Assembly (NCBI GenBank): GCA_963709025.1
Contig: CAVPVE010000022.1
Coordinates: forward strand, 3,509-67,508
Source: an uncultured Acidobacteriaceae bacterium
GTDB lineage: Bacteria; Acidobacteriota; Terriglobia; Terriglobales; Acidobacteriaceae
DNA length: 64,000 bases
Direction of reading: 5' to 3'
Shown: piece after piece, positions 1 to 9,631 of the stretch
Position numbering within the stretch: position 1 is the stretch's first letter
Layout of the letters: the number at the start of each line of letters is the position of its first letter
The notes under the pieces: model-generated
The model's input: only the letters and a program-made list of their open reading frames with translations
Told to the model about the DNA's origin: nothing
The model's database searches: none
Translations under genes and position numbers: made by a program

Positions 1-290
1 AGCACCTGAGAGTAGATGGGTTGTTCGACCCACGTGGTGCCATCCTGGTCGAAGGTGGCAATGCGGTCCTCTGGCAACACGAACCTCGGGTTGCTCTTAT
101 CTGTGGTGGTCTTGACAAAGTCGAGGATTGCAGTTTTCGCCGGTCCATCGTTCCAAGAAGGCAGCTGGTCAATGCCTACGGGGGAAGACGGTTGGCCCGC
201 GGCCGGTCTCGATGACGGAGAGTTGGTAGCACAGCCGGCAAGGATGAGAATCGAAAAGACCAGAAACAGTAATGCCAGACGGGTCTTCAT
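1..290 (-). CDS. HAD-superfamily phosphatase-like lipoprotein, N-terminal part (gene runs off the left edge)
   Basis: Absent from the ORF track because it is truncated by the window edge. Reverse translation from the ATG (complement of 288-290) gives MKTRLALLFLVFSILILAGCATNSP...LPSWNDGPAKTAILDFVKTT...RIATFDQDGTTWVEQP. It has a lipobox (LAGC) and the DxDGT motif of HAD hydrolases. It is a paralog of the decayed gene at 28953-29860. Confidence 0.7.
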   Translation of the reverse strand, partial: MKTRLALLFLVFSILILAGCATNSPSSRPAAGQPSSPVGIDQLPSWNDGPAKTAILDFVKTTTDKSNPRFVLPEDRIATFDQDGTTWVEQPIYSQV

Positions 291-399
291 CTCCGATTCT
301 CCTGACCTTGCCGCACCTGCCAACGGGCTTGTGTATATTGTGATGAAAATGAAGCGTGAGCGAGGGGAGGATGCTCACCGCCTCGATGTATTCGGCCCA

Positions 400-555
400 T
401 TAAGTGAGCGGGCAATCTTCGTGCCCGCACTCGCACGCGATCTCTACTTCTTCTTTCCCGGCATCGCGACAGGTCTCGCTGCAGTATTCCTGATCGTGGG
501 GAACTACACAGCTACAGGGTTCGTGTGCGCACCGTTTTGGTTCGTGTTCAGTCAT
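400..555 (-). CDS. Small Cys/His-rich protein, prokaryotic metallothionein (SmtA/BmtA)-like, 51 aa
   Basis: Below the ORF-track size cutoff. GGAGGAG lies 6 nt upstream of the ATG. Translation: MTEHEPKRCAHEPCSCVVPHDQEYCSETCRDAGKEEVEIACECGHEDCPLT. The CxHxxCxC...YCSxxC...CxCGHxxC spacing resembles bacterial metallothioneins. Confidence 0.55.
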   Translation of the reverse strand: MTEHEPKRCAHEPCSCVVPHDQEYCSETCRDAGKEEVEIACECGHEDCPLT

Positions 556-747
556 AGTCTTCTCCTCCATCCGGATCTTCGGCTAGCTAGTTTTTCGATC
601 CTAACGTTGCGTTTCAACACCGATAACTGGAAGGAATGACGGTCCTCCGAAGCCAGAGCGTTCTTCCGTTGCCTAAGTGTGCAACGGTTGGCTCGGTCGA
701 GCACCCCCGAAGACTGGATCCGAGGTATAAGAATAGTTCCTTCCCGT

Positions 748-1725
748 CTACTGATTAATTGCAGTGCCCGTTACGCTGTTCCAGCCGTCGCCCGGGTTGT
801 ACTCCGCCATAGCTACGGCGACCTCGGCAGTCTTCTCGCCCAGGTCTTTTTGGTAGACGGTCCCGTCCTTGCCGACGATGAACGTCATGATTCCCGAATT
901 CCTGTACTCCGCGGGATAAGCGAGAATTCCAAATCCACCGGTCATCTTTCCGTTCGCGATGTAGTCCTTCGCTCCGCCCGTCGCCTTGTCTCCTTGTTTG
1001 GTCAGGATCTGGAAGTAGTAGCCATTGAAGGGTTGCGGCTTGTCGCCTGAATTCGTGTAACCCAGGGCCTTCGCGAAGTCGCCAAGCTGGCCCAAGGGAC
1101 TCGGGGCCTGGCCTTCTCGAGCCTGCCAGTACAGCCCGTTTTGTTTCCCTTCGTCGCTGACGAATTTCTGAGCGTATTGCTTAACGCTGTCGCCATCGTG
1201 AGTCTGGCCGAAGTATTGCTGCTGGGCAGCCGCGAGAGCGCCACAGGCAGCAATTGCCGTCAACTCGCCCTTGCCGATACGGCGGGCCAGTATTTCGTCC
1301 TTACCTGCAGCAGTGTCGAAGGACCACTGGCCTGCGGAATTCTTGGCCAGAGGAATTGGGAAAGGATAGTTGTCTGCCCCAACGTACAGAATCTCTCCAC
1401 CCGCTTTGATCTCGCGCCAGCGATTCATTTGGCCATAGGCAGAAACAAAGTCCTGCAGTGCGTTCTTGTCCTTTATCGCATCTCCGGAGAACAGAACGTC
1501 CTTGGCATCTGGACCGAAGATTGCGAGTAACGCACTCTGATCGCCAGACTTAGCGGCTTCCAGGAAAGCGGCGCCTGCATCTGCGGGTGAGGCGAAGGTC
1601 TTTTGAACTGACTTGGAATCGTCCGACTTGCTGCAGGAAGCCAGCGCGAGGACCAGTGCGAACAGCGCCACAGTCATCGCGAGACTTGCACGTTGAGCCT
1701 TATGTTTGCGAGTAAAATGAGACAT
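748..1725 (-). CDS. DUF2950 family secreted lipoprotein
   Basis: Signal peptide with lipobox (LALASC). Characteristic C-terminal block: FNGYYFQILTKQG...GGFGILAYPAEYRNSGIMTFIVGKDGTVYQKDLG. Confidence 0.85.
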   Translation of the reverse strand: MSHFTRKHKAQRASLAMTVALFALVLALASCSKSDDSKSVQKTFASPADAGAAFLEAAKSGDQSALLAIFGPDAKDVLFSGDAIKDKNALQDFVSAYGQMNRWREIKAGGEILYVGADNYPFPIPLAKNSAGQWSFDTAAGKDEILARRIGKGELTAIAACGALAAAQQQYFGQTHDGDSVKQYAQKFVSDEGKQNGLYWQAREGQAPSPLGQLGDFAKALGYTNSGDKPQPFNGYYFQILTKQGDKATGGAKDYIANGKMTGGFGILAYPAEYRNSGIMTFIVGKDGTVYQKDLGEKTAEVAVAMAEYNPGDGWNSVTGTAINQ

Positions 1726-1788
1726 ACATATTCCTCCGAACCTTCTGGTTCTGCCCTCTTTCCATCCGACGTGGATTCCCTGTGGACA

Positions 1789-3003
1789 TCAGCGACGAAA
1801 ACCGCCGCCGCCGAAACCCCCACCACCGCCACCGAAGCGTCCGCCGCCGAAGCCGCTGGAGCCCATGCTGCCCCAACCGCGACTGCTCTCTGCTCTCGAA
1901 GACCAGCCGCCGGAACCGCCAAATCCGCCAGAGTGCCCGTCCAAGCCGCTGAAAGCGGTCGATCTTCCGCCATTCGAATTGTCGTGCTGTGCCCACGAAT
2001 CGGAGCCCGAGGAACGATTGGCGTTGAAGTTCTGAGCGTTCTGCCGGTTGACGTTGACCGTGTTGCCGCTCACGTTTCTGTTGTAGGTGTTTCCGCCGTG
2101 GTAGTTGTTGTAGTTATTTCCATTGTGGTTATAGGCATTGTTGTAGCCATAGCTGTTGTGGTAGCCGCCGTTATAGTAGCCACCATGCCACGCTGAATTG
2201 CCGTAGTACCCTCCGCCGTGATAAATGACGGCGGTGCCGTGCCAACCGCAGTTCCAACTGCTGTAGCCCCATCCACAACACCCGCCGCTCATCATCGCGC
2301 CGACGGCGATTCCAGCCCCGAACCCAAGCAGGCCGGCCGCCACCACATCTCCCGTGGAATATACGGGGGCAACATAACCTGGAACCACATAGGGATAGCC
2401 GTAAATCACCGCGGGGTTGTACTGCGGAACATAGACGACCTGCGGATTGGCCGATTGAATCACGATTGTCTGCGGCGACTGCTGCACGACCGTGATCTGT
2501 GGAGTGGACTTGAGATTGCCCTTCTCCTTGGCCTGCGCGCGCAGGGTCTGGATGGCTGTCATTACATCCGCCGACTGGTTGTGATAGGCCTCTCCCATCG
2601 ACGAGGTCCAGGTAAGATTCGTCGCCAGGTTGTTGAGCACTGACGGAAACTGCGTGAGTGCCTTTACGCTGGGATCCCAGGTTTGCTGGTCAACCGCCTG
2701 CATCAGGGAACTTCCGGTCAGACTCTTGTTTTGCTGCAGCCAATAGTTAGCAATTGCAACCTGGTCCGGAAACGTCGACGCCGCGAGAATTTGGGCCACC
2801 AGCGCATCTGGATAGAGCGCGATTGGCGCCACTAATGCTTGTAGATCGCTCGCGCTCATCGGAGCGGATTCTGTGGAATTTCCAAAGTTGCTCGCGGGAG
2901 CTGAATCTGAGGATTGGTATCCGTACAGGAACTGTGGTGAAACTGTGGCGAGAAGGAAACTCAGTACCACCGAGAGGATTTTCTTAACGTCTATTAGGTT
3001 CAT
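1789..3003 (-). CDS. DUF3300 domain protein with Gly/Asn/Tyr-rich C-terminus
   Basis: Signal peptide. Hallmark LVAPIALYPDALVAQILAASTFPDQVAIANYWL. Low-complexity G/N/Y tail. Adjacent to DUF2950, the usual pairing. Confidence 0.85.
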   Translation of the reverse strand: MNLIDVKKILSVVLSFLLATVSPQFLYGYQSSDSAPASNFGNSTESAPMSASDLQALVAPIALYPDALVAQILAASTFPDQVAIANYWLQQNKSLTGSSLMQAVDQQTWDPSVKALTQFPSVLNNLATNLTWTSSMGEAYHNQSADVMTAIQTLRAQAKEKGNLKSTPQITVVQQSPQTIVIQSANPQVVYVPQYNPAVIYGYPYVVPGYVAPVYSTGDVVAAGLLGFGAGIAVGAMMSGGCCGWGYSSWNCGWHGTAVIYHGGGYYGNSAWHGGYYNGGYHNSYGYNNAYNHNGNNYNNYHGGNTYNRNVSGNTVNVNRQNAQNFNANRSSGSDSWAQHDNSNGGRSTAFSGLDGHSGGFGGSGGWSSRAESSRGWGSMGSSGFGGGRFGGGGGGFGGGGFRR

Positions 3004-3144
3004 AATGAGTACTCCAAGTCGATGTCATTTCCGAGAATTGTCATCCTGACCGGGTCAGGCTACCGAATCCGCAAGGCGAATGGATTTCACTCTTCTGGCT
3101 CGCTCGTGATTGCACCCGACATCGAGTAATTCTCGGGAGTCAAT

Positions 3145-4038
3145 TCACTTTGCCGCCTTCTGCGTTAACGAGGACAAATGCACCACAGCAGCTGCGGCGG
3201 TGAGTTTTACCTCGTCTTTGTCGTCCTTCAACCCAGTACTTAAATCAGGCAACACGGCGGGATGACCGCGGCGGGCCAAGGCGTCGTAGGCGGCCGCCCT
3301 GACGAGCCAGTTCTTGTCCGCCGTCGCCGCAACCAACGCCTTTTGGGTGCGCGGATCCGGATCCAACGCCAGGATTTTGATGGACGTTGCCTTGATGATG
3401 GGCGCTTTCTCCTCACTGGCATGAATTGCTTCAAAAGCCTGAAGGCCGATGCCCCCAAAGGGCACGAAGCCCATGCCTTGTTCAAAGGCCAGTGCTTCCA
3501 TCTGTTTGGGGTTTCTTAGGAGGTCGTTCAATTCCTTTTCTTCTCCGCCCACCAGGCTTTCGCCGGACTTGCGCTGCCCCGTTAGCACAGCGTAGTAAAC
3601 GCTGTAGCCCCTTTCGTCTCCGAGTTGGATCAGCGCCTTGGCTGCGGCCATGACCACAGCGCCTTCTTTGTCGCTCTTCGCCGCGCTCACCAACGCTGGG
3701 ATTGAACTCTTGGATTTCATGGCGCCGAGCGACAGGGCCGCAGCCCCACGGACTTCCGCCTCCTTGTCCTGCAAGCCCTTCTCCGCCATGGCCACTGCTT
3801 TGGCATTGCTGGGAATCAACTGCAGCACGCGCATAGTGGCGATACGTTGATCGGTGCTGTCGCTGCCGGCACCAGCCTGCAGAATGGTCCACGCCTGGTC
3901 GGCTGGTGCTTGAGGGAATGCTCCAGTCGGGACCAGCAACACCGTGGCCCATCCGAGAACCATGGCGATTCCTGTCACAATATTCGAGTGTGATCTCTTG
4001 TAAGACTCCATCCGTCTCTCCTTTAACCTTCTCTCCAT
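3145..4038 (-). CDS. HEAT-repeat protein (membrane-anchored or secreted)
   Basis: Repeated HEAT-like units (EVRGAAALSLGAMKSKSSIPALV, VVMAAAKALIQLGD, NWLVRAAAYDALARRGHPAVLPDL). N-terminal hydrophobic segment. The start may be the internal MESYKRS. Confidence 0.7.
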   Translation of the reverse strand: MERRLKERRMESYKRSHSNIVTGIAMVLGWATVLLVPTGAFPQAPADQAWTILQAGAGSDSTDQRIATMRVLQLIPSNAKAVAMAEKGLQDKEAEVRGAAALSLGAMKSKSSIPALVSAAKSDKEGAVVMAAAKALIQLGDERGYSVYYAVLTGQRKSGESLVGGEEKELNDLLRNPKQMEALAFEQGMGFVPFGGIGLQAFEAIHASEEKAPIIKATSIKILALDPDPRTQKALVAATADKNWLVRAAAYDALARRGHPAVLPDLSTGLKDDKDEVKLTAAAAVVHLSSLTQKAAK

Positions 4039-4119
4039 GCGTCCGATAACTGATCAGAGTAAGTCGACTTCGCCCGGACGCTTCTCTCACTCGCTTGCCG
4101 TCTGAAAATGAACGCGCGG

Positions 4120-4713
4120 TTACTTTTCCCGATACACGTTGGCGAGGCGGAATGGCTTCTGGCCGTAGTTCTCGATCTCCAATTCATTGTTCTTGTTGAA
4201 CTTAACCTTGCAGAGCGGAGAGAACGTGCCAGTCCCTTTGCCATCCTTATCGACGTTGAGAACTACGATGCCGATCTTGTAATTGGTGGAACGCGTGGCG
4301 TTGTAGAGTTCCGGAAACGAGATGGGGCGATTGGTAGCGAGGACAATGTGCTGTCCGCCGTCCTTGGTCGGGTGAATGCGCACCACGCGCATCCCGGTGC
4401 CAACCGACCCCGTAGGAGCGAAGCGGCCTTGGTCCTTGATGTTCTCGAGGGCGCTCACCAAGCCGTCCTGGCCTTTGTGCTTCAACGTCGCCGCCAGTTC
4501 TTGGATTTCCCCATCACTGGTCAATGCCTGTACATAAACCGTGGCTCCGAAGCTTTTGCCCGCGACGCGGCCGGACTGGCCGATTACAGTCACCGCATAC
4601 TGCGCCGGTAGATCGGGTTGAGTCTTGGCTGGTTCGGGCGACTGCGCAGAGCCATTCGGCGGTCCGATGCAGAGGAATAGAGTTAGAACTGTAAGAATTC
4701 GTAGTAGTGGCAT
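4120..4713 (-). CDS. Secreted protein of unknown function (paralog of 5396-5998)
   Basis: I trimmed the 255-aa track ORF to the internal ATG at 4713. That ATG is preceded by GAGGAG and followed by a signal peptide (MPLLRILTVLTLFLCIGPPNGSAQ). Colinear similarity to 5396-5998 (..G..LVSAL...K..G...TG..G.......I.PT..G....V.TNR.I.F.E.Y). Confidence 0.65.
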   Translation of the reverse strand: MPLLRILTVLTLFLCIGPPNGSAQSPEPAKTQPDLPAQYAVTVIGQSGRVAGKSFGATVYVQALTSDGEIQELAATLKHKGQDGLVSALENIKDQGRFAPTGSVGTGMRVVRIHPTKDGGQHIVLATNRPISFPELYNATRSTNYKIGIVVLNVDKDGKGTGTFSPLCKVKFNKNNELEIENYGQKPFRLANVYREK

Positions 4714-4814
4714 TTCATTCTCCTCAGGGCAGGGGCTTGGCGGGCTTCCGCCTACCAACGCGCTCGATATACACTCTCGGCCAACTGATTCAGTTGCCGT
4801 CGGTAACGATGAGT

Positions 4815-5219
4815 TCAGCATTCGCTGTGTCGCACATCCCGTAAATTGCGCCTGACCGGCAAGCGCCCGACGGAATATTTGACACATGCAGGCCTCTTCG
4901 CTACGACCGAAACCGAGCGGTCAGAGCCCCCAATGATGGCTCCGGCGGGGTCGAATGGAGATGACGGGCCGACATCGACAACAAAGCCATTGTCCTTCTC
5001 CGTGCTGATCCACTTCACCGTCGTGCCCACCTTCACGCAGAAAAGAGAATTACCTTTCGCGTTCGGGATGCTGGGAGTGGCGGATGCGGAATCCGAGGTC
5101 CGTTTGACATCGACCGTGCAGGGACTGGAGGCGGATCCGCAGGTATTGGCGGCGGTGCACAGTTGTGCCGGATTTGGTTCTAAGCAAGCGTACTTGCTGC
5201 TTCGACTGAGCTGTTGCAT
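4815..5219 (-). CDS. Cys-containing hypothetical protein; a possible signal peptide lies out of frame upstream
   Basis: 134-aa ORF with a beta-rich, secreted-looking sequence. A clean signal peptide (MKIHRCFVVTCAALVLTLSVLSSNATAQ, ATG at 5289) sits in a different frame just upstream. This suggests a 1-nt frameshift near 5215. Confidence 0.4.
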   Translation of the reverse strand: MQQLSRSSKYACLEPNPAQLCTAANTCGSASSPCTVDVKRTSDSASATPSIPNAKGNSLFCVKVGTTVKWISTEKDNGFVVDVGPSSPFDPAGAIIGGSDRSVSVVAKRPACVKYSVGRLPVRRNLRDVRHSEC

Positions 5220-5395
5220 TGCTCGACAACACCGAGAGCGTTAAGACCAGCGCAGCACACGTAACTACGAAGCATCGATGAATTTTCATATTGCACCTCA
5301 CGATTCGACGTTCAAGGGACCACACCGCGAGCGGGAGCTCCAATTACGTCGATCAGAATGTTTTACAAATATCGTTGTAAAGCCGAATCTGCCGC

Positions 5396-5998
5396 CTAAT
5401 TGACGCCTGGCGTTCCTGCCCAGTCGAGAATGTCAACCAGTTTCCAGGGGTTTTCTCGCAGATCCCACTGCAACTGTCCTTGGCTGTCGAGGATAAGTTG
5501 GGCCGCGGGATACAGGACGCCTGTGCTCTTGCTCTTGTCCTGGTCGTTGATTTCGATGATGCCGGCAGTGAGATTGAAGGATTGAGATTGGGTGTCGTAG
5601 TAAGCCTCCCCAAATCTGATCCAGCGATTGGTCACAAAGATAATTTTGCGGCCAGTTGGTGTCGGAATCATCTTGATATAGGAGCAGTCATTGCCAAGTG
5701 TGCCGGTGATCTCGACGTGACCTACGGCTTTCATTTTTTGTAGAGCGTTTACCAGTCCCTGGTTCTGGCCCTTCTGGTACGCCTGGATCAGAATCTGCTT
5801 GTCCGCTTGAGTCGAGAACTCATAAATATTCAACGTCACGCCAATATTGGCTCCCAATTGGGTCCCCGTACCGAACGCTGTTGCTTCGATTGTTTCGTAC
5901 TTGTCTCTCGCGAAGCCGGGAAGGCTGCTTACCATGAGTAAGCCCAGTGCAAGTCCGGCCCCAACGACGACCTTTGCGATTCTTCCTAGTCCGTGCAT
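5396..5998 (-). CDS. Secreted protein of unknown function (paralog of 4120-4713)
   Basis: 200-aa ORF with signal peptide MHGLGRIAKVVVGAGLALGLLMVSSLPGFA. Similar to 4120-4713. Confidence 0.7.
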   Translation of the reverse strand: MHGLGRIAKVVVGAGLALGLLMVSSLPGFARDKYETIEATAFGTGTQLGANIGVTLNIYEFSTQADKQILIQAYQKGQNQGLVNALQKMKAVGHVEITGTLGNDCSYIKMIPTPTGRKIIFVTNRWIRFGEAYYDTQSQSFNLTAGIIEINDQDKSKSTGVLYPAAQLILDSQGQLQWDLRENPWKLVDILDWAGTPGVN

Positions 5999-6038
5999 AA
6001 GTAACTCCGATCTGGTGAATGTGATGTGCGCTACTGAA

Positions 6039-6611
6039 CTATGCGGCTACCGCAGGCCGATCCGGGTTGTGAACGTTGACCTCTTCCGCCGATGTATTCG
6101 CCAGAATGCGGCGCGCCGCTTCCGCCTCTTCCGCTGTTCCGTGGGCAATGAGCAAGAACTTGCCAGCTTTGATTGAGCTCTCGTACTTCAGAGCACTGTC
6201 TTTCGGGATGCCAATGCTGAACAGCCCCGCGCCCAGCGCACTTAAGCCGCCGACGACTACAGCACCTTCTAGCGCGGCCACAATCCACGCCACGGCGGAT
6301 CCGGCCACTACGACTGGCCCGATGCCGGGAATTACAAAGAATGCTGACCCCACGAGCAAGCCCCAGAGCCCGCCCCAGAATGCACCATTCTTTCCCCAAT
6401 GTCTCATCCGATCGCCGGTCGTGTAATATCCGACCACCTGATCTTCTGTGTGGTAGCCGCGACCTATGATCGCGAGCTTCTTAATGTCGAAATTTCCCTT
6501 CTTGAGCAGGTTGATTGCATTCTCCGCATCAGTGTGCTGCGGATAGATGGCGACAACTGAATTTTCTTGGCTATCGATTTGTGTCATTGTTTTCTCCGAA
6601 GTATGAGACAC
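6039..6611 (-). CDS. General-stress-like membrane protein (YflT/DUF1269-like ends, glycine-zipper TM core)
   Basis: N-terminal VVAIYPQHTDAENAINLLKKGNFDIKKLAIIGRG. Central Gly-rich TM region GAFWGGLWGLLVGSAFFVIPGIGPVVVAGSAVAW. C-terminal KAGKFLLIAHGTAEEAEAAR. Confidence 0.6.
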   Translation of the reverse strand: MSHTSEKTMTQIDSQENSVVAIYPQHTDAENAINLLKKGNFDIKKLAIIGRGYHTEDQVVGYYTTGDRMRHWGKNGAFWGGLWGLLVGSAFFVIPGIGPVVVAGSAVAWIVAALEGAVVVGGLSALGAGLFSIGIPKDSALKYESSIKAGKFLLIAHGTAEEAEAARRILANTSAEEVNVHNPDRPAVAA

Positions 6612-6887
6612 GCCGTCTGCGGAGCGGCCCGGTCACTGAGCGCACTTTCCATCCGAGGTTTGCGGCGATTGCATTCGACGTAGGCGCCGGGTGCGCGCGC
6701 ACTGACCAAGCGCGCTGTGAACCGCCTTTACACCAAGCAGCATCATCGACGCTTTAGCACCGCGCAATTGTCAGTTTTGACAGTGCAACAGGAAAACTCG
6801 GGATCAGCCATAACTTAGTAGAAGTGAGTTGATACGTCGGGCTCGGCCCAGGGGCTGAGGGAGTTTGCGCAACCATAGCGCTGCGCT

Positions 6888-8354
6888 CTAAGGTTTCTTT
6901 GCGGCGCTGGCAGTTGGAACTGTTGCGGCTGGTGAACTGTCGAAACTGCCGCCCAGCGCGAGGTGCAGGTTAATGCGATTGGCGAGTTGAGTATTGCGTA
7001 GTTTGATGAGATCAGTCTGGCTCTGGATCTGGCCAGCTTGCAACTGCAGCACCGACAGAAAGTCCATCGATCCAGCTCGGTACCTCAGGTTGGCCACGCG
7101 GACGGCCTCGCCGTGGTCGCGTACGGCGCTCTCTGTATGGGGGAGACGTTTGGCCAACAACTCTTCGTTCGTCAGTGCCACTTCCACCTCGGTAAATGCT
7201 CTCAGCGACACGCCACCAAAATGGGCAACGGATTGCTGCTGCTGCGCAGTGGCGATCTTGATTTGCGCTCGCAGGGCACCGCCCTCATAAACCGGGACGA
7301 ACATTCCGGCCGCAGCGTGAACCAGCCAAGGGTTGAGGCCCAGCACGGCGAGGAGCGGGTCACTCAGGCGCCCACCTTCCAGATTGAGCGAAAAGCCCGG
7401 CAGCAGTGCCAGTTTTGCGGCTTCCTGGGTTCGGAATGCCGCCAATACCTGGTGTTCTGCAGCAGCGATGTCGGGCCGGCGCTCAAGCAACGAGGAAGGA
7501 AGTCCGGGCGCAACCGGCGGAGGCAGGGGGACAAACGCTTCTGCGATCTCTAGTTCGGCAGCCGGATAGCGACCGATGAGCACTTCCAGTGTGCGCCGTG
7601 CCTCGCTGTACAGACCTTGCGCGATTGTTAATTGGTTCTGGGCCTCATCGAGTTGATAACTCGCCTCCGCCACGTCGAGGTCTGCGACCTTGCCCGCAGC
7701 CCGTCTTATTTTCACCAACTCCAGCAGTTGCTGATATATGTTGACGGCTTGTTCGGTGAGTGTGAGCAGTTGACGAGTTTCGATGGCCAGATACCAGTTC
7801 TTTGCTGTGGTCGCAGCCAACGACTGCCGCGCAAATGCGTAATCAAGCGCAATTCCTTCGTAGTTCTCCCGCGCAGCAGCATGCTGGGCCCGTAACCGTC
7901 CCCAGATATCGATTTCCCAGGCGGCCCCCCCTAGTATGGTGCTGCTCTGGTTTTGCTGGGTCACATCTTTATCCGTCGAGCGCGTGGTAGCAGCGGAGAG
8001 GTTTGCGCTAATTTGTGGCTTGAGCTTGGAGCCGACCACAATGACGCTCTGGCGTGCTTCCTCCACCCGCGCAGCGGACTGGCGCAGATCGAGATTGTTC
8101 GAGATGGCTTCGGAGACCACAGCTTCGAGACCAGTATCCTGAAAGGATTTCACCCAGCCATCATCGACATTCACACTATTTGAAGTTGAACTCCAAGCCG
8201 GCGGCAGAGGTGTTGCTTTCGGCAAGGCCTGAATGACGATCGTCGGATGGGGTGGTGGTTTGTGGAGTGCACAGCCGCAGAGGCTGGCTCCCAATACAGA
8301 TCCGAGAGTCGCCAACACCATCCTACGAACCGAATTCATTGACATACGTTTCAT
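6888..8354 (-). CDS. Efflux transporter outer membrane factor lipoprotein, NodT family
   Basis: Lipobox LCGC. Two TolC-like repeats (QSAARVEEARQS..., AAEHQVLAAFRTQEAAKLALLPGFSL). I prefer the ATG at 8354, where TGATG overlaps the HlyD stop. The track ORF extends to 8387. Confidence 0.85.
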   Translation of the reverse strand: MKRMSMNSVRRMVLATLGSVLGASLCGCALHKPPPHPTIVIQALPKATPLPPAWSSTSNSVNVDDGWVKSFQDTGLEAVVSEAISNNLDLRQSAARVEEARQSVIVVGSKLKPQISANLSAATTRSTDKDVTQQNQSSTILGGAAWEIDIWGRLRAQHAAARENYEGIALDYAFARQSLAATTAKNWYLAIETRQLLTLTEQAVNIYQQLLELVKIRRAAGKVADLDVAEASYQLDEAQNQLTIAQGLYSEARRTLEVLIGRYPAAELEIAEAFVPLPPPVAPGLPSSLLERRPDIAAAEHQVLAAFRTQEAAKLALLPGFSLNLEGGRLSDPLLAVLGLNPWLVHAAAGMFVPVYEGGALRAQIKIATAQQQQSVAHFGGVSLRAFTEVEVALTNEELLAKRLPHTESAVRDHGEAVRVANLRYRAGSMDFLSVLQLQAGQIQSQTDLIKLRNTQLANRINLHLALGGSFDSSPAATVPTASAAKKP

Positions 8355-9631
8355 CAGAATGGCATCGGATATAGCCAGTTGAACCACGAATGCATGCGGA
8401 TCGTAATCTTCCGGAGCACAGCGAATCCGCCTCCGCTGGTATATATCGCGGCTGCGCCCTGCGCGCCGATTGGAAGCCCGACTTTGGACGGATGGTCAAG
8501 GTATATCTTTACTGCGAACTCTCCCTGAGGTTGCATCGGGTCTGCCGGATAGAACTTCGGAATAATATCGCTGGGAAGGTATTGTCCTTCTCCGTTTGCC
8601 CACCATACGCTGTCCACTTTTGCAGCAAAGACTTGCCCGGGGTAAAGGTCAAGCGAAACTTCAACGGGTTGCCCGATCCTCACATACTTCAGCGTCTCCT
8701 GATTGAAACTGGCCAGCAGGTAGCGATCGTTATCGACAATGAAGGAGGCGATCCCGCCGATTCGGTAGATGCCCGCGACCATACCGGGTTGGACTTGGAG
8801 ATTCACAATGTAGCCGTCCTCGGGCGCCACCATCAGGGTGTTATCCAGGTAATAACGTGCGAGTTCAAGCTGCGCTTTCAGGCTCTCGACGGTCGCGGCC
8901 GACTGCTTTTGTGCGGCTTCGCTCTCTTTCATTTGGGCTGCCGCACCCGCCACGGTCGTGTTGACTCCTTCCCACTGCGATTCGTACTTGAGGCGGGAAC
9001 GTTCAGCTTCGGCAGTTGCTTGCGACACAGAAGCCTCGTCGGCACTCATCTGGGCCTGCCACTTCTGAGCATCTTCTTCCGGGCCAGCACCCTTTTGCGC
9101 CAACCACTGGGAAAGCTGTTGCTGATACTTGGCATATTCCAGTTCACTCTTCGACCGGAGTACTTTCTGTTCGGAAGCGTCCAGATCGGCTTTGTACATA
9201 AGCACGTCCTGATTAGCCCCAGCCAGTCCTGCTTTCAACTGGTCAACCTTATATTTCGAAGACAATGCGCTCGCTGAGGCGGCCTCGATTTGCGCCTCGA
9301 GTTGCCGAACCTGGTATTCATACGGACGGCGGTCGAACTGGAACAGGGGTTGTCCCTTCTTCACCGGAACATCCGGTCGAACCAGCACGGCGGTCACAAG
9401 AGTCGGTTCGGGAAGGCGCGGAACCAGTTGAATGGTGTGTTGCACGACTTTCAGGTTCGACGAGTACGGGGTGACGAAGCGCAGACCGACGATAAAGATG
9501 AGGAACAAATGGGCGGCAAAAAAGAGGGAAACGATCCCCCATGTCTTGGTGAACTTGAGCCACTTGAATTTAAAAAACACCAACCAGACAAAAGATAAGA
9601 ACACGAACGTGATGAGGAAGGCGAACATCAT
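8354..9631 (-). CDS. HlyD-family membrane fusion / secretion protein
   Basis: N-terminal TM segment, a long coiled coil, and a beta-barrel C-terminus (PGMVAGIYRIG..., VRIGQPVEVSLDLYPGQVFAAKVDSV). A 4-nt overlap with the upstream DUF3302 gene. Confidence 0.85.
   Translation of the reverse strand: MMFAFLITFVFLSFVWLVFFKFKWLKFTKTWGIVSLFFAAHLFLIFIVGLRFVTPYSSNLKVVQHTIQLVPRLPEPTLVTAVLVRPDVPVKKGQPLFQFDRRPYEYQVRQLEAQIEAASASALSSKYKVDQLKAGLAGANQDVLMYKADLDASEQKVLRSKSELEYAKYQQQLSQWLAQKGAGPEEDAQKWQAQMSADEASVSQATAEAERSRLKYESQWEGVNTTVAGAAAQMKESEAAQKQSAATVESLKAQLELARYYLDNTLMVAPEDGYIVNLQVQPGMVAGIYRIGGIASFIVDNDRYLLASFNQETLKYVRIGQPVEVSLDLYPGQVFAAKVDSVWWANGEGQYLPSDIIPKFYPADPMQPQGEFAVKIYLDHPSKVGLPIGAQGAAAIYTSGGGFAVLRKITIRMHSWFNWLYPMPF

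Noticed and set aside
16-639. 207-aa plus-strand ORF at the left edge
   Set aside because: It lies antisense to two better-supported minus-strand genes: the HAD lipoprotein N-terminus and the metallothionein-like ORF. It has no RBS and no recognisable motif, so it is a typical high-GC shadow ORF.
8390-9277. Long antisense ORFs opposite well-supported genes (also 12484-13293, 38869-39693, 43040-43909, 48392-49327, 22388-23137)
   Set aside because: Each lies fully inside, and antisense to, a gene with clear family motifs. Their compositions are Arg/Leu/Gly-rich, as expected for GC-rich shadow frames.
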